From Spirochaetota bacterium (GTDB taxonomy: Bacteria; Spirochaetota; UBA4802; JAFGDQ01), in assembly GCA_043803405.1 (NCBI GenBank), contig JAZDKB010000039.1, forward strand, positions 1 to 51,307: a stretch of 51,307 bases of DNA. Reading direction: 5' to 3'. The translations under genes were made by a program, and so were the position numbers. Position 1 is the stretch's first letter, and every line of letters starts with the position of its first letter. A model generated the notes under the pieces. The model saw nothing but the letters and a program-made list of their open reading frames with translations, had not been told where the DNA came from and ran no database searches. Positions 10,592 through 21,003 of this stretch are shown one piece after another.

Positions 10592-12508
10592 ATGAAAAAG
10601 AACCATTCTTTATCTAAAAGGATACTGCATATATTTTTCAAGCAGAATAAGTTAATAAGCGAGATGAACGGCATAAGGGAGGTCTATTTCGGGCTCAGGA
10701 GCCGTGTTCTGGGACTGGTTGTGCTTGTAATGATAATTACAATCTCGATCCTGACCTTAATAATGTATCTCAATAATCGTGAACTTATTGAAGAAGAGAA
10801 GAATACCAAGGCCATATCGCTTACTCAGATATTATCCGGCCCTGCTGAATTTTACCTGGACCGGGATATTGAGACAACCAAAGATGAGGTTCAAACCAAG
10901 TATAATATCATTCAGCGCGAATCCCAGAATTTTATAACATATAACGATGATATAGTAAAGATAGTGCTTGCGGACGAGTCGGGAAGGATAAGGTTCAGCA
11001 CACAGAAGCAGGATTACGAACGCAAAAATATTTTACCTTACATAAAAAAGGGCCTGCAGCAGAATGAGGATAAGCTTCTATCCAGTGATTTTTCAATAGA
11101 AACCAGTAACAGGAAAACTAAAGCTACGGAAACAACGCGGCTAAGGGCAATTACTTATCCTGTTTTTTTAAAGACAGGCGATGTCGTTTCGATACTGAAC
11201 GATTTTACCCGCCTGTATGATGAATATCACAGCGCCGGAAAGCCCAGGAAGAACCAGATATATTTATACTTATGGAAAAAATATAAAGATATTCTTGATA
11301 AGGATTTTGATCCTGCAAAGAACAGGCAGGAGCAGGGTATCCCCGCGAAAGTGACAAAGGCGCATGACATCGATTTTGTATTTTATCATTTATTTAATTA
11401 TTGCATGACATTCCGGAAAAAATTTATTCCTGCTAACGAGTCGGCTTTATGGGATTCAAAATGGCTCTTTGCACAGAAAGACAAAAAATTAAAAGCTTAT
11501 CTTGAAGATTCTTCCGCAAAGGCAAAGGATATCGATGACGCTATAATTTCGAGAATAAGCACGCTTTCGGAACGCGTTGAGAAGAGCAGAAGGCTGGGCG
11601 TCATTGCTGTTGTGTTCAACATCGATATAATAAAACAATCATCTGCCAGGAACATAAGCCAGATAATTAAGATCGCGCTTATAATTCTGGCGCTCAGCAT
11701 TGTCGCAATATTTTTTGTGCTGAACTATAATGTCAAGAATTTGAAGAAGCTTGAGCGGTGGGCTATTGACGTGAGCAAAGGCAATCTTGACGAAAAGATA
11801 CATATTGCGACGAACGACGAAATAGGAAGGCTCGGCGATATCACTAATTACATGATCGATGAGATCAAGGTCAAATATCATCTTGAAAAATTTGTATCCA
11901 AGTCGACAAAGAGCATGATCGAGAAGCAAAAATCCGAAGCAGGAGAGCTCGACCTTGGGGTTACTGGCAGGAATAATTTCGCATTTATTTTTTCCGATGT
12001 GCGCGGGTTTACTTCTTTCTCGGAAAAGGAAGACCCTGGCACTGTTGTTGAAGTACTGAACTTTTATCTTGAACTACAGTCGAAGATCGTGAAAAGCAAT
12101 AAAGGGGATATCGACGATTATGTGGGCGACCAGATAATGGCACATTTTTCCGGCGAGAAGAGGGCCGATCGCGCAATTGAAACCGGAATCAAGATTATGA
12201 AGGAGATCGTGGCTGTAAACGCGGAAAGGAAAAAGGCCGGGCTTCCGGTTTTTGAAGTAGGCATAGGAGTTCACGGCGGTGATGTTGTTGTAGGGAATAT
12301 AGGTTCTAAGTTCAGGATGGATTTCACAAGTGTGGGCGATACAGTGAATTTAACATCGCGGCTCTGCTCGGCCGCTGATCCGGGTGAGATTCTTGTTTCC
12401 CAGGACCTTTTCCAGATGACAAAGAAGAAATTTAAAAAGATAGACTGTTCTCCTATCGACGTTAAAGGGAAAGAGAAGAAAGTTAAGATCGTTAAGATTG
12501 TTTATTGA
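10592..12508 (+). CDS. Membrane class III nucleotide cyclase (2 TM, periplasmic sensor, HAMP, cyclase)
   Basis: Two TM segments; HAMP NDEIGRLG; FSDVRGFTSFSE, YVGDQ, GIGVHGG, GDTVNLTSRL; ATG at 10592 preferred. Confidence 0.9.
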   Translation: MKKNHSLSKRILHIFFKQNKLISEMNGIREVYFGLRSRVLGLVVLVMIITISILTLIMYLNNRELIEEEKNTKAISLTQILSGPAEFYLDRDIETTKDEVQTKYNIIQRESQNFITYNDDIVKIVLADESGRIRFSTQKQDYERKNILPYIKKGLQQNEDKLLSSDFSIETSNRKTKATETTRLRAITYPVFLKTGDVVSILNDFTRLYDEYHSAGKPRKNQIYLYLWKKYKDILDKDFDPAKNRQEQGIPAKVTKAHDIDFVFYHLFNYCMTFRKKFIPANESALWDSKWLFAQKDKKLKAYLEDSSAKAKDIDDAIISRISTLSERVEKSRRLGVIAVVFNIDIIKQSSARNISQIIKIALIILALSIVAIFFVLNYNVKNLKKLERWAIDVSKGNLDEKIHIATNDEIGRLGDITNYMIDEIKVKYHLEKFVSKSTKSMIEKQKSEAGELDLGVTGRNNFAFIFSDVRGFTSFSEKEDPGTVVEVLNFYLELQSKIVKSNKGDIDDYVGDQIMAHFSGEKRADRAIETGIKIMKEIVAVNAERKKAGLPVFEVGIGVHGGDVVVGNIGSKFRMDFTSVGDTVNLTSRLCSAADPGEILVSQDLFQMTKKKFKKIDCSPIDVKGKEKKVKIVKIVY

Positions 12509-12513
12509 TTAAT

Positions 12514-13356
12514 TTAATTTTCTTTATCCCACCAGATGACAGCCCAGGTTACTTTTTGTTTGTAGTCTAATGTCCATTTCCCGCTGGCGTTAACGAGATG
12601 ATCATGAAGAAATTTTTGCAGCTTTTTTTCTTCAGGTTTTGTCAGATCCTGAAACATCCATTTGTAGGAATTCAAACCAGCTTCATAGCTGTCATATATT
12701 TTAGTAACATTTTTTTGTATAATAAAATCAATCCTGGCCCGTATCCCCATTTGATAGATAACGTTATAAACATAAAGATAATCCGGGTACGGAACGTATT
12801 TTCTCCCGATTGCTTCAAAGATATTCCTGTCGAACGGGCCGTCTCCCGCGACAGTTGAAAGATAAACGCGTTTGCGCGCAGCCTTATCCAGTTTAATAAT
12901 GGCAGCCTTTATATCCTCAACCGCAAGCGAACGCGATGCAATGGCGACGTCGTATACGCCTATGCCTGCTTTACCCCAGTCATCCTCCCAGCTTGCTTTG
13001 ATCGTTTTGATATTCTGAAAACCGCGTTTAGTTGCTTCTTCACTCAGTATCTCAATCATTTTATCGGAAAAATCTACAGCGGTTATCTCTTTCACTTTCC
13101 CTGCAAGCGGTATTGCGAGCGTTCCTCCTCCGCAGCCCATATCCAGGACTGTCCATGAACGTCGCGGTTTCATAATTTTAATGAATTCGGTCGGGTACGC
13201 GGATTTTGCCGCGTTATCCGCAAACGAAGGCGCTCTTTTGTTCCAGTATTCCCTGTGCCTGTGCCGTTTGTATTGCTGTTTCGCTTTTTGCTTTTTAAAA
13301 ATTTCGTTCCAGTCAATGTCCTGAATATCAATAATCTGATTTAATGATTTTTTCAT
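12514..13356 (-). CDS. Class I SAM-dependent methyltransferase
   Basis: VLDMGCGGGTL, AVDFSDKM. Confidence 0.88.
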   Translation of the reverse strand: MKKSLNQIIDIQDIDWNEIFKKQKAKQQYKRHRHREYWNKRAPSFADNAAKSAYPTEFIKIMKPRRSWTVLDMGCGGGTLAIPLAGKVKEITAVDFSDKMIEILSEEATKRGFQNIKTIKASWEDDWGKAGIGVYDVAIASRSLAVEDIKAAIIKLDKAARKRVYLSTVAGDGPFDRNIFEAIGRKYVPYPDYLYVYNVIYQMGIRARIDFIIQKNVTKIYDSYEAGLNSYKWMFQDLTKPEEKKLQKFLHDHLVNASGKWTLDYKQKVTWAVIWWDKEN

Positions 13357-13379
13357 ATTACACTTATTTTAAAAAAAAT

Positions 13380-13976
13380 TTATTTACCGGTTTTTGAGTA
13401 ATAGGTTGTTGTACCTGCGCATGTCCTGCATATAGTCTTATCGTCCTTTACCAGCTCTTTTGCGTCCATTACGCGTTCTCCGCAGGATGAACATACTACG
13501 GACCTGACCGGCCTCCCAGGCAGGTCTTCCGGTTTCAGTGTAACACTGACTTCATGAACGTCGAAAAGCTCTTCATCTGTTTTAACGGAATAATAGTCCG
13601 GAGTGTGCGGATTCTTTTCCATCATTTCCCTTGTAATAACCTTATCCCCGTCCCGGTTTTTTGCCGCAACCCTGACCGCTTTTCCGGTTTTCAGGTTGAT
13701 GAATGTGGCAGCCATCTTTCCGTAATCCATGATCTTCATGGTGCGTTTGCCCGGATGGCAGCCTGTAACCGCGAGAATCGCGTCGGTAGCGCATCTGTCT
13801 ATCTCGACAAAAATCATCAGGTTTTTGCGGTCTTTGCCCTTCGGGTCAAGGATGCCGACAGATTTCATCCCGACTATGGACATGCGGGTGCCGATCATTA
13901 TCCCTCCGCAAACTTCCCCGTGGAATTGTCTCGCTGTTTCAAGACAGGCGTCATAATTTAAATAATCCGTTTCCAT
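13380..13976 (-). CDS. FmdE (formylmethanofuran dehydrogenase subunit E) family protein with C-terminal Zn finger
   Basis: FHGEVCGG, EIDRCATDAI, CSSCGE...CRTC. Confidence 0.88.
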   Translation of the reverse strand: METDYLNYDACLETARQFHGEVCGGIMIGTRMSIVGMKSVGILDPKGKDRKNLMIFVEIDRCATDAILAVTGCHPGKRTMKIMDYGKMAATFINLKTGKAVRVAAKNRDGDKVITREMMEKNPHTPDYYSVKTDEELFDVHEVSVTLKPEDLPGRPVRSVVCSSCGERVMDAKELVKDDKTICRTCAGTTTYYSKTGK

Positions 13977-14164
13977 TAAAATTATCCTTAAATGATTTAA
14001 GATTTAAATGCCGCATCGTTAAGCAATCAGAAACATATCGTATACTGCTGTCAAGCAGTTAATTGTTTTTTGATTCGAAGCATATTAAGAAATTAATATC
14101 TTTTTGGATATAATAATTAGCGGTGATTTTTTAACGGGTTTAATAACCCGGATGCAGGCTCAGC

Positions 14165-15358
14165 TTAATTTCTTTTCATTATCTGGGCGACTGCTTTTTC
14201 CAATCCTTCGAGGGTCAGCTCAAACATGGGAAATACCTGCTGGATAAGGCCAATTGTATGTGTATACCTCCATTCAGTGGCCATTACAGGATTCAGCCAT
14301 ACTGAATGAGGGAAGGTTTTTGCGATAAACTTTAATCTCTCGTAACTGGGTTTTCCGGATCGTTCTTCCATGTAGATTGATCCATTTGTATACGATAGTT
14401 CGTAAGGCGCCATGCTGGCGTCACCTACAAATATAAATCTTGTTTCCGGATCTAGGCGTACCAGTTCGTCCACAGGGAATGGTTTGGAGTACCTTTGCGG
14501 ATCTTCCCATATACTGCCGTAAATTGTATTATGGAAAAAGAATGTTTTAAGATCCTTAAACTGCGCACGGGCATAATTAAAGAGGGTTTGCACCAGTTCA
14601 ATATACGGATCCATTGACCAGCCGCCGTTATCAATCACTAATACAACTTTTAACCTGTCCCTTAGGCTTCGGTCGTATATGATCTCAATTTCCCCTGCTT
14701 TTTTCATTGTTTCGTAAATGGTTTTATCGATATTTACCCTGTCTTTGGGGCCAAACGGAACCATATTGCGCAGCCTTTTAAGAGCTTCGCCAATTTGAGA
14801 CGGCGTCATAGGCCCCATCTGCGAGTAATCGCGGTACCTGCGGTCCATAGCGACCTTGATTGCCGATTTATTGTGTGATACGCCGCCGACTCTCATGCCG
14901 CCAGGATTATACCCGGAATGGCCTACAGGAGAATACCCGCCAGTGCCTATCCATTTTTTTCCGCCATGATGCTCTTCTTTCTGGTCCTTTAAACGGTCCA
15001 TAAAGTATTTTATAAGCTCTTCCGGGCTTAGCTTAGTAAGATCATTTTCATCAATACCAAGCGCATCTGCAATTCCCTTCGGGTCCTTCAGCCATTCCTC
15101 AAGCATGGCGCGTGCTATCTCTTCCATCTCGAATTCTTCAGGATCCTTTAATTCAATACCTTTAAAGTGATGCGCAAATACCTGGTCGTAAAGGTCAAAG
15201 TATTTCTCGCTTTTAACCAGGATGGAGCGGGCGCCTGTATAAAAATCATCGGTAGAATTAATAATACCCATGCTAAGGGCTTTATGAAGTCTTAAGAAGG
15301 AGGTAGGTGAAACAGGGATGCCTACTTTTTTAAGTAAAAAAAAGAAATCTATAAACAT
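14165..15358 (-). CDS. VWA-domain (CoxE-like) partner of the MoxR ATPase
   Basis: HHGGKKWIGTGGYSPVGH, DNGGWSM, FVGDASMAPYEL. Confidence 0.8.
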   Translation of the reverse strand: MFIDFFFLLKKVGIPVSPTSFLRLHKALSMGIINSTDDFYTGARSILVKSEKYFDLYDQVFAHHFKGIELKDPEEFEMEEIARAMLEEWLKDPKGIADALGIDENDLTKLSPEELIKYFMDRLKDQKEEHHGGKKWIGTGGYSPVGHSGYNPGGMRVGGVSHNKSAIKVAMDRRYRDYSQMGPMTPSQIGEALKRLRNMVPFGPKDRVNIDKTIYETMKKAGEIEIIYDRSLRDRLKVVLVIDNGGWSMDPYIELVQTLFNYARAQFKDLKTFFFHNTIYGSIWEDPQRYSKPFPVDELVRLDPETRFIFVGDASMAPYELSYTNGSIYMEERSGKPSYERLKFIAKTFPHSVWLNPVMATEWRYTHTIGLIQQVFPMFELTLEGLEKAVAQIMKRN

Positions 15359-15366
15359 GATATTTT

Positions 15367-16215
15367 TTATTCTTTAGTTCTTGCTACAGTATTTTGCGCC
15401 GTCATGTAATCCGGACTTTTTTTAAATAAAATGCCTAAAAACGGAACATCTCCTTTAAGGTCTTTAATCTTAAAATCAGGGTCTGCTTTTAATGCCCTTA
15501 TCCAGTTTATGAGTTCGCGTGTTGCCGGTTTCTTTTCAATCCCTCTTATTTCCCTGAGGCGATAAAATGTTTTAATGGCGCTCTCCAGCAATTCCCTGTC
15601 CAGATCGGTAAAATGTACCTGTACTATCCTTCTCATCATGTCAGGTTCAGGGAAAGCAATGTGGTGGAAATTGCAGCGTCCGAGAAACGGATCCGAAAGG
15701 TCTTTCTTGGCGTTTGATGTGATAATAATAACAGGGCGGTGTTTGGCTTTTATTGTCTTATCTATTTCCATTATATCAAATTCCATCTGGTCGAGAACAT
15801 CCAGCATATCATCCTGAAAATCCGTATCTGCCTTATCTATTTCATCGATTAAAAGAATCACTCTTTTATCGGAAACAAATGACTGGCCGATCTTGCCCAT
15901 CTTTATATATTCCTCAATATTGCTTACCTCTCTTTTGGAATCCCCGAAACGGCTGTCATTCAGCCTTGTAAGCGTATCATATTGATATAGAGCGTCTATA
16001 AGTTTCATGCTCGACTTTACATTAAGGATTATCAGTTTCATGCTGGAAGCGTCGGCAATGGCATGTGCCAGCATGGTTTTTCCTGTGCCAGGTTCGCCTT
16101 TCAGAAGAAGAGGCATTTCCAGCGCCATCGAAATGTTTACTATCTTTGCAAGTTCTTCATCCAGTACATATTTGGAAGATCCGGCAAATTCATTTTGTTT
16201 ATGTCCTTTAAACAT
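15367..16215 (-). CDS. MoxR-family AAA+ ATPase
   Basis: PLLLKGEPGTGKT, LLIDEIDKAD, ITSN. Confidence 0.9.
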   Translation of the reverse strand: MFKGHKQNEFAGSSKYVLDEELAKIVNISMALEMPLLLKGEPGTGKTMLAHAIADASSMKLIILNVKSSMKLIDALYQYDTLTRLNDSRFGDSKREVSNIEEYIKMGKIGQSFVSDKRVILLIDEIDKADTDFQDDMLDVLDQMEFDIMEIDKTIKAKHRPVIIITSNAKKDLSDPFLGRCNFHHIAFPEPDMMRRIVQVHFTDLDRELLESAIKTFYRLREIRGIEKKPATRELINWIRALKADPDFKIKDLKGDVPFLGILFKKSPDYMTAQNTVARTKE

Positions 16216-16500
16216 ATTATACTCCTTTATTCATTATAACAAAAATTCTAATATTCGGCTATAAAGAACACCCGAAAGCTAAAATGCAAAAACATATATG
16301 TGTTTTTTATTCGTAATGTCTTATAAGTTTACACTAAATAATTCTATTTATCTGTTAGTTCAGGAAAACAAACAAATCGTGTCAAGCTGCTTTTCAAAAT
16401 AAAAGTTAAAAAATTAACTCAATATAGCAATATGTATGGTTTTGGGATGCATCCGAAATGATGTTTTAAAACTTGTTTTTTTTAAACGAGAGATAAGTTT

Positions 16501-17532
16501 TTAATTATTCCCGTCAATTTCCGGGAACGGGTTTCTCCATTGCCATCCGGTCTCTCCTGTTTTTTTATAATGCTCTAATCTTCTAATGGTTAATTCTGCA
16601 AAAACCGGATCCATATCGAATGTAAATACCCTTCGTCCTGATTTTTCTCCGGCTATAAGAGTGGTTCCGGAATGAGAAAAAGAATCCATTATAATATCGC
16701 CTGTTTTACTGCTTGTTTCAATTATTCTTTCAATTGCTTTTAACGGTTTTTGCGCGTAGCAACCCGGCACATTCTCTTCCATCCTGTAAAATACCTGCTG
16801 AATGTCTATCCACACGTTTCCCGGCCTTATGGTGTCCGATTTGCTGCGCTCCATATTTTCCTGTCTTCTTCCGGCAACTGTTTTATAATATCCTTTAAGC
16901 ACCTTGGGAATATCGGTATAAACCACTTTAAAATCAGGGTTCCCTTTTGTATAATGCAGAAGCTCCTGCCTTATCCACATCCAGTTTTTCTGAGTGCCGT
17001 AACCTCTCTGATTACGGAGCGTAATAAAATTTTTTGGTTTAAGATTTTTGAATTCTCTCATCATAATCATAAAGTCGGGCAGAGGCTTAAAGTCGTCCTT
17101 GTAGTCCGCGCCCAGCCAAATGTAAAGATGCGCATTATCATTCATTATTTGCAAAGCGTTCCCGACCCATTTGCGCGAAAAATCCATATAATCATGATGA
17201 TCGATTTTGAATAAATTGTCCGTGTTCGCTTTCCCTACTTTTACGTTATATGGAGGATCGTTGATGATGAGGGACGGACTTTCGTCCGAAGCAATTTTTT
17301 TAAGATGATTGAAATCTGTCGCATCTAGCACGCCAACCCTGTGCCCGGAATCGCTTTCCCAAATGTCGCCCTGCTTAAGCCTGCAATAAGGCAAAATTAT
17401 TTTTCTCAGTTCATTGTCCGCATCAAGACGGCCTAGCCTTTCAGTAGTGCCATCTTTATCTTTAAAATTATTTACTATTGTCTCATCTAATTCAGGAAAA
17501 AGTTCCATATAACTATCTTTATCTTTGTTCAA
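16501..17532 (-). CDS. Orphan N6-A/N4-C DNA methyltransferase (beta order)
   Basis: DPPY precedes QKP...DSFSHSGTT; no neighbouring endonuclease. Confidence 0.85.
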   Translation of the reverse strand: MNKDKDSYMELFPELDETIVNNFKDKDGTTERLGRLDADNELRKIILPYCRLKQGDIWESDSGHRVGVLDATDFNHLKKIASDESPSLIINDPPYNVKVGKANTDNLFKIDHHDYMDFSRKWVGNALQIMNDNAHLYIWLGADYKDDFKPLPDFMIMMREFKNLKPKNFITLRNQRGYGTQKNWMWIRQELLHYTKGNPDFKVVYTDIPKVLKGYYKTVAGRRQENMERSKSDTIRPGNVWIDIQQVFYRMEENVPGCYAQKPLKAIERIIETSSKTGDIIMDSFSHSGTTLIAGEKSGRRVFTFDMDPVFAELTIRRLEHYKKTGETGWQWRNPFPEIDGNN

Positions 17533-17716
17533 TTACAGAACCCTCTTACGGTTGCATTATTAAGCAAATCGATATTTTGTGTTTTTTTGTATTGCAGAAA
17601 TTTCTATTAGCCTGGATTTATTAGCTCCTTCGATTTTAGTCAAGACCTAATAATAATTCAGCAGGATAGTATTTTTAATCATTACCGGTTTTTCTGATTA
17701 TAAGCGTATAAAAAAG

Positions 17717-17743
17717 TTAACCCACGGATAATCCGCGGGTTAA
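17717..17743 (-). terminator. Terminator of the ATP-grasp fusion gene
   Basis: Minus strand TTAACCCGCGGA-tta-TCCGTGGGTTAA (one G-U pair) followed by CTTTTTT. Confidence 0.65.
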
Positions 17744-17750
17744 TAAAAAA

Positions 17751-17795
17751 ATTTAAAATATTTTTTAATTCAAGATCATACGGCCTAAGCACTAG
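17751..17795 (-). repeat. Dispersed 45-nt repeat, copy of the left end of the 42125-42288 element
   Basis: Reverse complement CTAGTGCTTAGGCCGTATGATCTTGAATTAAAAAATATTTTAAAT matches 42125-42168 with one substitution and one indel. Confidence 0.85.
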
Positions 17796-20053
17796 CTACG
17801 GCGCATTCCGACAAAATCACTCAGTGTTGCCCTGCTCACAACGTCTTTCGGGATATCGGCAATATTCTGACTGCCTGTTAAGATCATGGCAAGTTCGAGT
17901 TCCTTTTTTAGCGCCTTGAGATAGAACGATACTCCCTTGTCGAGCATCCCGACCGCTGCGATTGTTACCGGACGCCCTATAAGCACAAAGTCCGCACCCA
18001 GCGCGAGCGCCTTCAGCACATCGACGCCTGTCCTGAACCCGCCGTCTATCAGAATTCGCACGTGTCCCTTAACAGCTCTCGCGATGTCCTCAAGAACGTC
18101 CATAGATCCAGGCATCCCGTCCAGAACACGACCCCCGTGATTGGAAACTATAATGGCATGAGCTCCTGCCTCAACCGCCAGCTCGGCGTCTTTTACGTTC
18201 ATAATGCCTTTCAGAATAAACGGGAGCTGCGTGCTGGAAATTATTTCTTTCAGCTCTTCAACGCTCTTTGGCCCTACAGACTGATTCTTCATGGCCATAG
18301 TTTTAAACACAACAGCGTCTATGTCCATGCCGACAGCAGCAGCCTGGCTTTTCTCTGCTTTCTTTATCCTCTTAATTATTTCTTTGTTGTCGCTTCTCGG
18401 CTTGAATATCGGGATTCCCATTCCGTTGTTTTCGGAAATTGCCTGAAGGCCGATCTTGTATTTTTCCGGGCTGGCGCCGTCTCCAACAAATGCGATTGTG
18501 CCTGCGTTCATACATCCGGAAACAACAGCCCTGTTGTATTCAAGTTCGTCAATTGCTCCGCACAAATTCGTTACAGTTCCGGTTATTGGCGCAGCCATTA
18601 CAGGGAAAGAAAGCGGAGTGCCGAAAAAGGCGGTTGATGTATCCGGATTAGTTATGCTGTGAATTACCCTTGTGTTTATTTTGTATCTTTTCAGGGCTTC
18701 AAGGTTTTCCCTGAACGAAGCCCCAGTGCCTATGCCTCCCATGCCCGGAACTCCGGACGGGCAATTTGCTCCGTCGCACGATTTGCACGCATAGCATACT
18801 TTTTTAAACTTTTCCCTTGCAGCATATCGAATGCTTTCCATGGAGATTTCCATATCCTGCACAACTTCAATCTTTAACACTGCTTTGCATTTGGCCACCG
18901 CCTGTTCGGCTTCCTCAAGCGTGTTTGCTACTGCAATTATATGGCCAGCCTTTTCAACATTTGAACGCGGTTTTACCACTTTATCGCCTTTTTTAACATT
19001 TAGGAAGATTTCCGCAATACCTGCGATTTTCAGAGCGTCTTCCAGTCCGTTTATATCCTTAACAATACCGGGCTCTGTTATAATTGCCCTCTCAATGCTA
19101 ACCTTGTTTCTGATAGGTTCGAGATTGCCCGGCTCCTGGCCAAGCGCGATCTCTATAACGGCGCGCATAAGATCGACTCCTGAAGAAAGCGGATAAGTGT
19201 ATGCGGACATAAATCCGCCGGAAAGCCTTGCGGCCAGTTCGCCTATTTTTGCGCCTTCGGAAGTTATTTTAATGTCGCCTTTCGCAGCACCCATGCTTAT
19301 GCCGAGCGCCTTTATGCCCATCTTCATTACATTGCACGCATCATCAATAACCTGCGCAGGCAGGTTGGACGGCATTGTATGACCTATCTCAACAAAATAC
19401 GGCTCGTAATTTATTATTCTGTCTGCAACACCGGTTATAGTAATTTCGTCGTTATATATCACAGCATCGATTGAAAGCTCGGGGCCTTGCATAAATTCTT
19501 CTATTAACACTTCGCCGTTCGGCGATGCTTCCTTCGCGAATTTGAAAGCATCCGCAAGCACATTCTTATCGTCAACACGCATTACGCCGCGCGCGCCCAT
19601 GTTGCTCGAAGGCTTGATTACAACAGGGAATCCGAGCTTTTTACACGCTGTCTTTGCTTCTGCAAGCGACCATACGGGATAAAAATACGGGCAGGGCACC
19701 TTATGCTCGGTAAGCCTTGTTCTCATCTTTATTTTATTCGTGGCAGCTTCCGCGTCCTCGAACTTGATTCCGGGAAGATTAAGCGCGTTCGCAACAGCAG
19801 CTACGGTCATAGAGGCATCGGTGCCTGCAGTGAGAACGCCGCTAATTGGAGTAAGCTGGTTTTGCGCCCTGGCAGCCCTGACCGAGCCGTCAATATCGCG
19901 CGTGCTCATCACTACAGGAATATCCGCGTATTTCATGCCAATAGCTTCGGGATTGTAGTCAGTAACAATTACATTTAAGCCCATCTTTTGCGCAGCTTGA
20001 ATGACAGGAACCTGAAGAAGTCCCCCGCCGATTACCATTACGGTTTTTTTCAT
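17792..20053 (-). CDS. Fusion of an ATP-grasp domain and an FMN-dependent alpha-hydroxy-acid dehydrogenase
   Basis: N half: VVIKPSSNMGARGV, LIEEFM, GELAARLSGG. C half: CYACKSCDGANC, PVMAAPITG, ILKGIM, VSNHGGRVLD, DGGFRTGVDV. Confidence 0.85.
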   Translation of the reverse strand: MKKTVMVIGGGLLQVPVIQAAQKMGLNVIVTDYNPEAIGMKYADIPVVMSTRDIDGSVRAARAQNQLTPISGVLTAGTDASMTVAAVANALNLPGIKFEDAEAATNKIKMRTRLTEHKVPCPYFYPVWSLAEAKTACKKLGFPVVIKPSSNMGARGVMRVDDKNVLADAFKFAKEASPNGEVLIEEFMQGPELSIDAVIYNDEITITGVADRIINYEPYFVEIGHTMPSNLPAQVIDDACNVMKMGIKALGISMGAAKGDIKITSEGAKIGELAARLSGGFMSAYTYPLSSGVDLMRAVIEIALGQEPGNLEPIRNKVSIERAIITEPGIVKDINGLEDALKIAGIAEIFLNVKKGDKVVKPRSNVEKAGHIIAVANTLEEAEQAVAKCKAVLKIEVVQDMEISMESIRYAAREKFKKVCYACKSCDGANCPSGVPGMGGIGTGASFRENLEALKRYKINTRVIHSITNPDTSTAFFGTPLSFPVMAAPITGTVTNLCGAIDELEYNRAVVSGCMNAGTIAFVGDGASPEKYKIGLQAISENNGMGIPIFKPRSDNKEIIKRIKKAEKSQAAAVGMDIDAVVFKTMAMKNQSVGPKSVEELKEIISSTQLPFILKGIMNVKDAELAVEAGAHAIIVSNHGGRVLDGMPGSMDVLEDIARAVKGHVRILIDGGFRTGVDVLKALALGADFVLIGRPVTIAAVGMLDKGVSFYLKALKKELELAMILTGSQNIADIPKDVVSRATLSDFVGMRRS

Positions 20054-20229
20054 GCTTATACCTCCATTAGCAAAACATAATCTCCGGGATTCAGGTAGAA
20101 AAATAAAGATGAAATTATGTCGCTTTTAGTATTTAAAAGATAATTAGTTACTAGATAATATCGGCATTTTTTAAAAGGTATTAAAGAAATAATATTAAAG
20201 GATTTTTTTTAAATTTTTCTGAAATAAAC

Positions 20230-20937
20230 TCAGGCGAGTCCTTTAAGATATTTAAGGCGTGTATTTTCATCGAGTTTTTCGATCGCGTATCTGAGCATCG
20301 TCCTTGGCATTTTTTTATAATGCTTATTTAAAAAGGTTTTTAGGATATTTACATTGCGCTTTCCTGCTTCACGAAGCATCCATCCCACCGCTTTGTGTAT
20401 TAAATCGTGCTTATGATTTAAAAGCAACTCCGACAGTTTAAGGGTGTCGGAAAAATCATTATTTTTTATAAATGCGTATGAAGCCAGTACAGCTATGCGC
20501 TGTTTCCATAGATTGCCGGATTTTGCAAGTTCATAAAGATACGACCTGTTTTTATCCAGCAGGTATTCACCCGCTATTTTCGGAGCTGAAAGATCCACAA
20601 GGTCCCAGTTATTAATATATTCATAATTATCCATATATAGTTCAAAGATTTCTTTTCTCAGGCCAGGGTCGGCCTTATTGAATTTTTCGCAAAGTATTAA
20701 AAGCGCGGTAAGCCTGCACTCATGAATTTTATCATGCAGCAGTTTTTCAATTTCCTTCAGTCCTGCGTCCCTGAATTTTTTCGCCGTAACACGCTGCTCT
20801 GGAACGGTAATCCCGATAAAAATATCGCCTTCGCCGTACTGGTCAGGCCCTGTTTTGAAAAACCTCTGCAGGCCTTTTGCTTTTTCTTTGTTCGCTTTGC
20901 TTAATAATTCAGATTTTATTTGTTCGAAGTTATGCAT
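20230..20937 (-). CDS. DNA alkylation repair protein (AlkD-like)
   Basis: FFKTGPDQYGEGD, INNWDLVD, HKAVGWMLREAGK, MPRTMLRYAIEK. Confidence 0.9.
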   Translation of the reverse strand: MHNFEQIKSELLSKANKEKAKGLQRFFKTGPDQYGEGDIFIGITVPEQRVTAKKFRDAGLKEIEKLLHDKIHECRLTALLILCEKFNKADPGLRKEIFELYMDNYEYINNWDLVDLSAPKIAGEYLLDKNRSYLYELAKSGNLWKQRIAVLASYAFIKNNDFSDTLKLSELLLNHKHDLIHKAVGWMLREAGKRNVNILKTFLNKHYKKMPRTMLRYAIEKLDENTRLKYLKGLA

Positions 20938-20964
20938 AAATTAGTAAAATTATGAATCTTTTAA

Positions 20965-21003
20965 TTATATCCAGACCGAAGAATCGACCAGTACTCTGCT
21001 CAT
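20965..21003 (-). pseudogene. vapC: Truncated vapC (PIN) remnant, MSRVLVDSSVWI*
   Basis: ATG overlaps the antitoxin stop (ATGA); first PIN strand VLVDSSVWI, then TAA; rest of gene absent. Confidence 0.8.

Noticed and set aside
10592..12508. Pycsar anti-phage cyclase with cNMP effectors
   Set aside because: The TM-sensor-HAMP architecture and GGDEF outputs indicate signalling; no TIR or TM effector
16501..17532. Restriction-modification system
   Set aside because: No adjacent endonuclease; treated as an orphan methyltransferase
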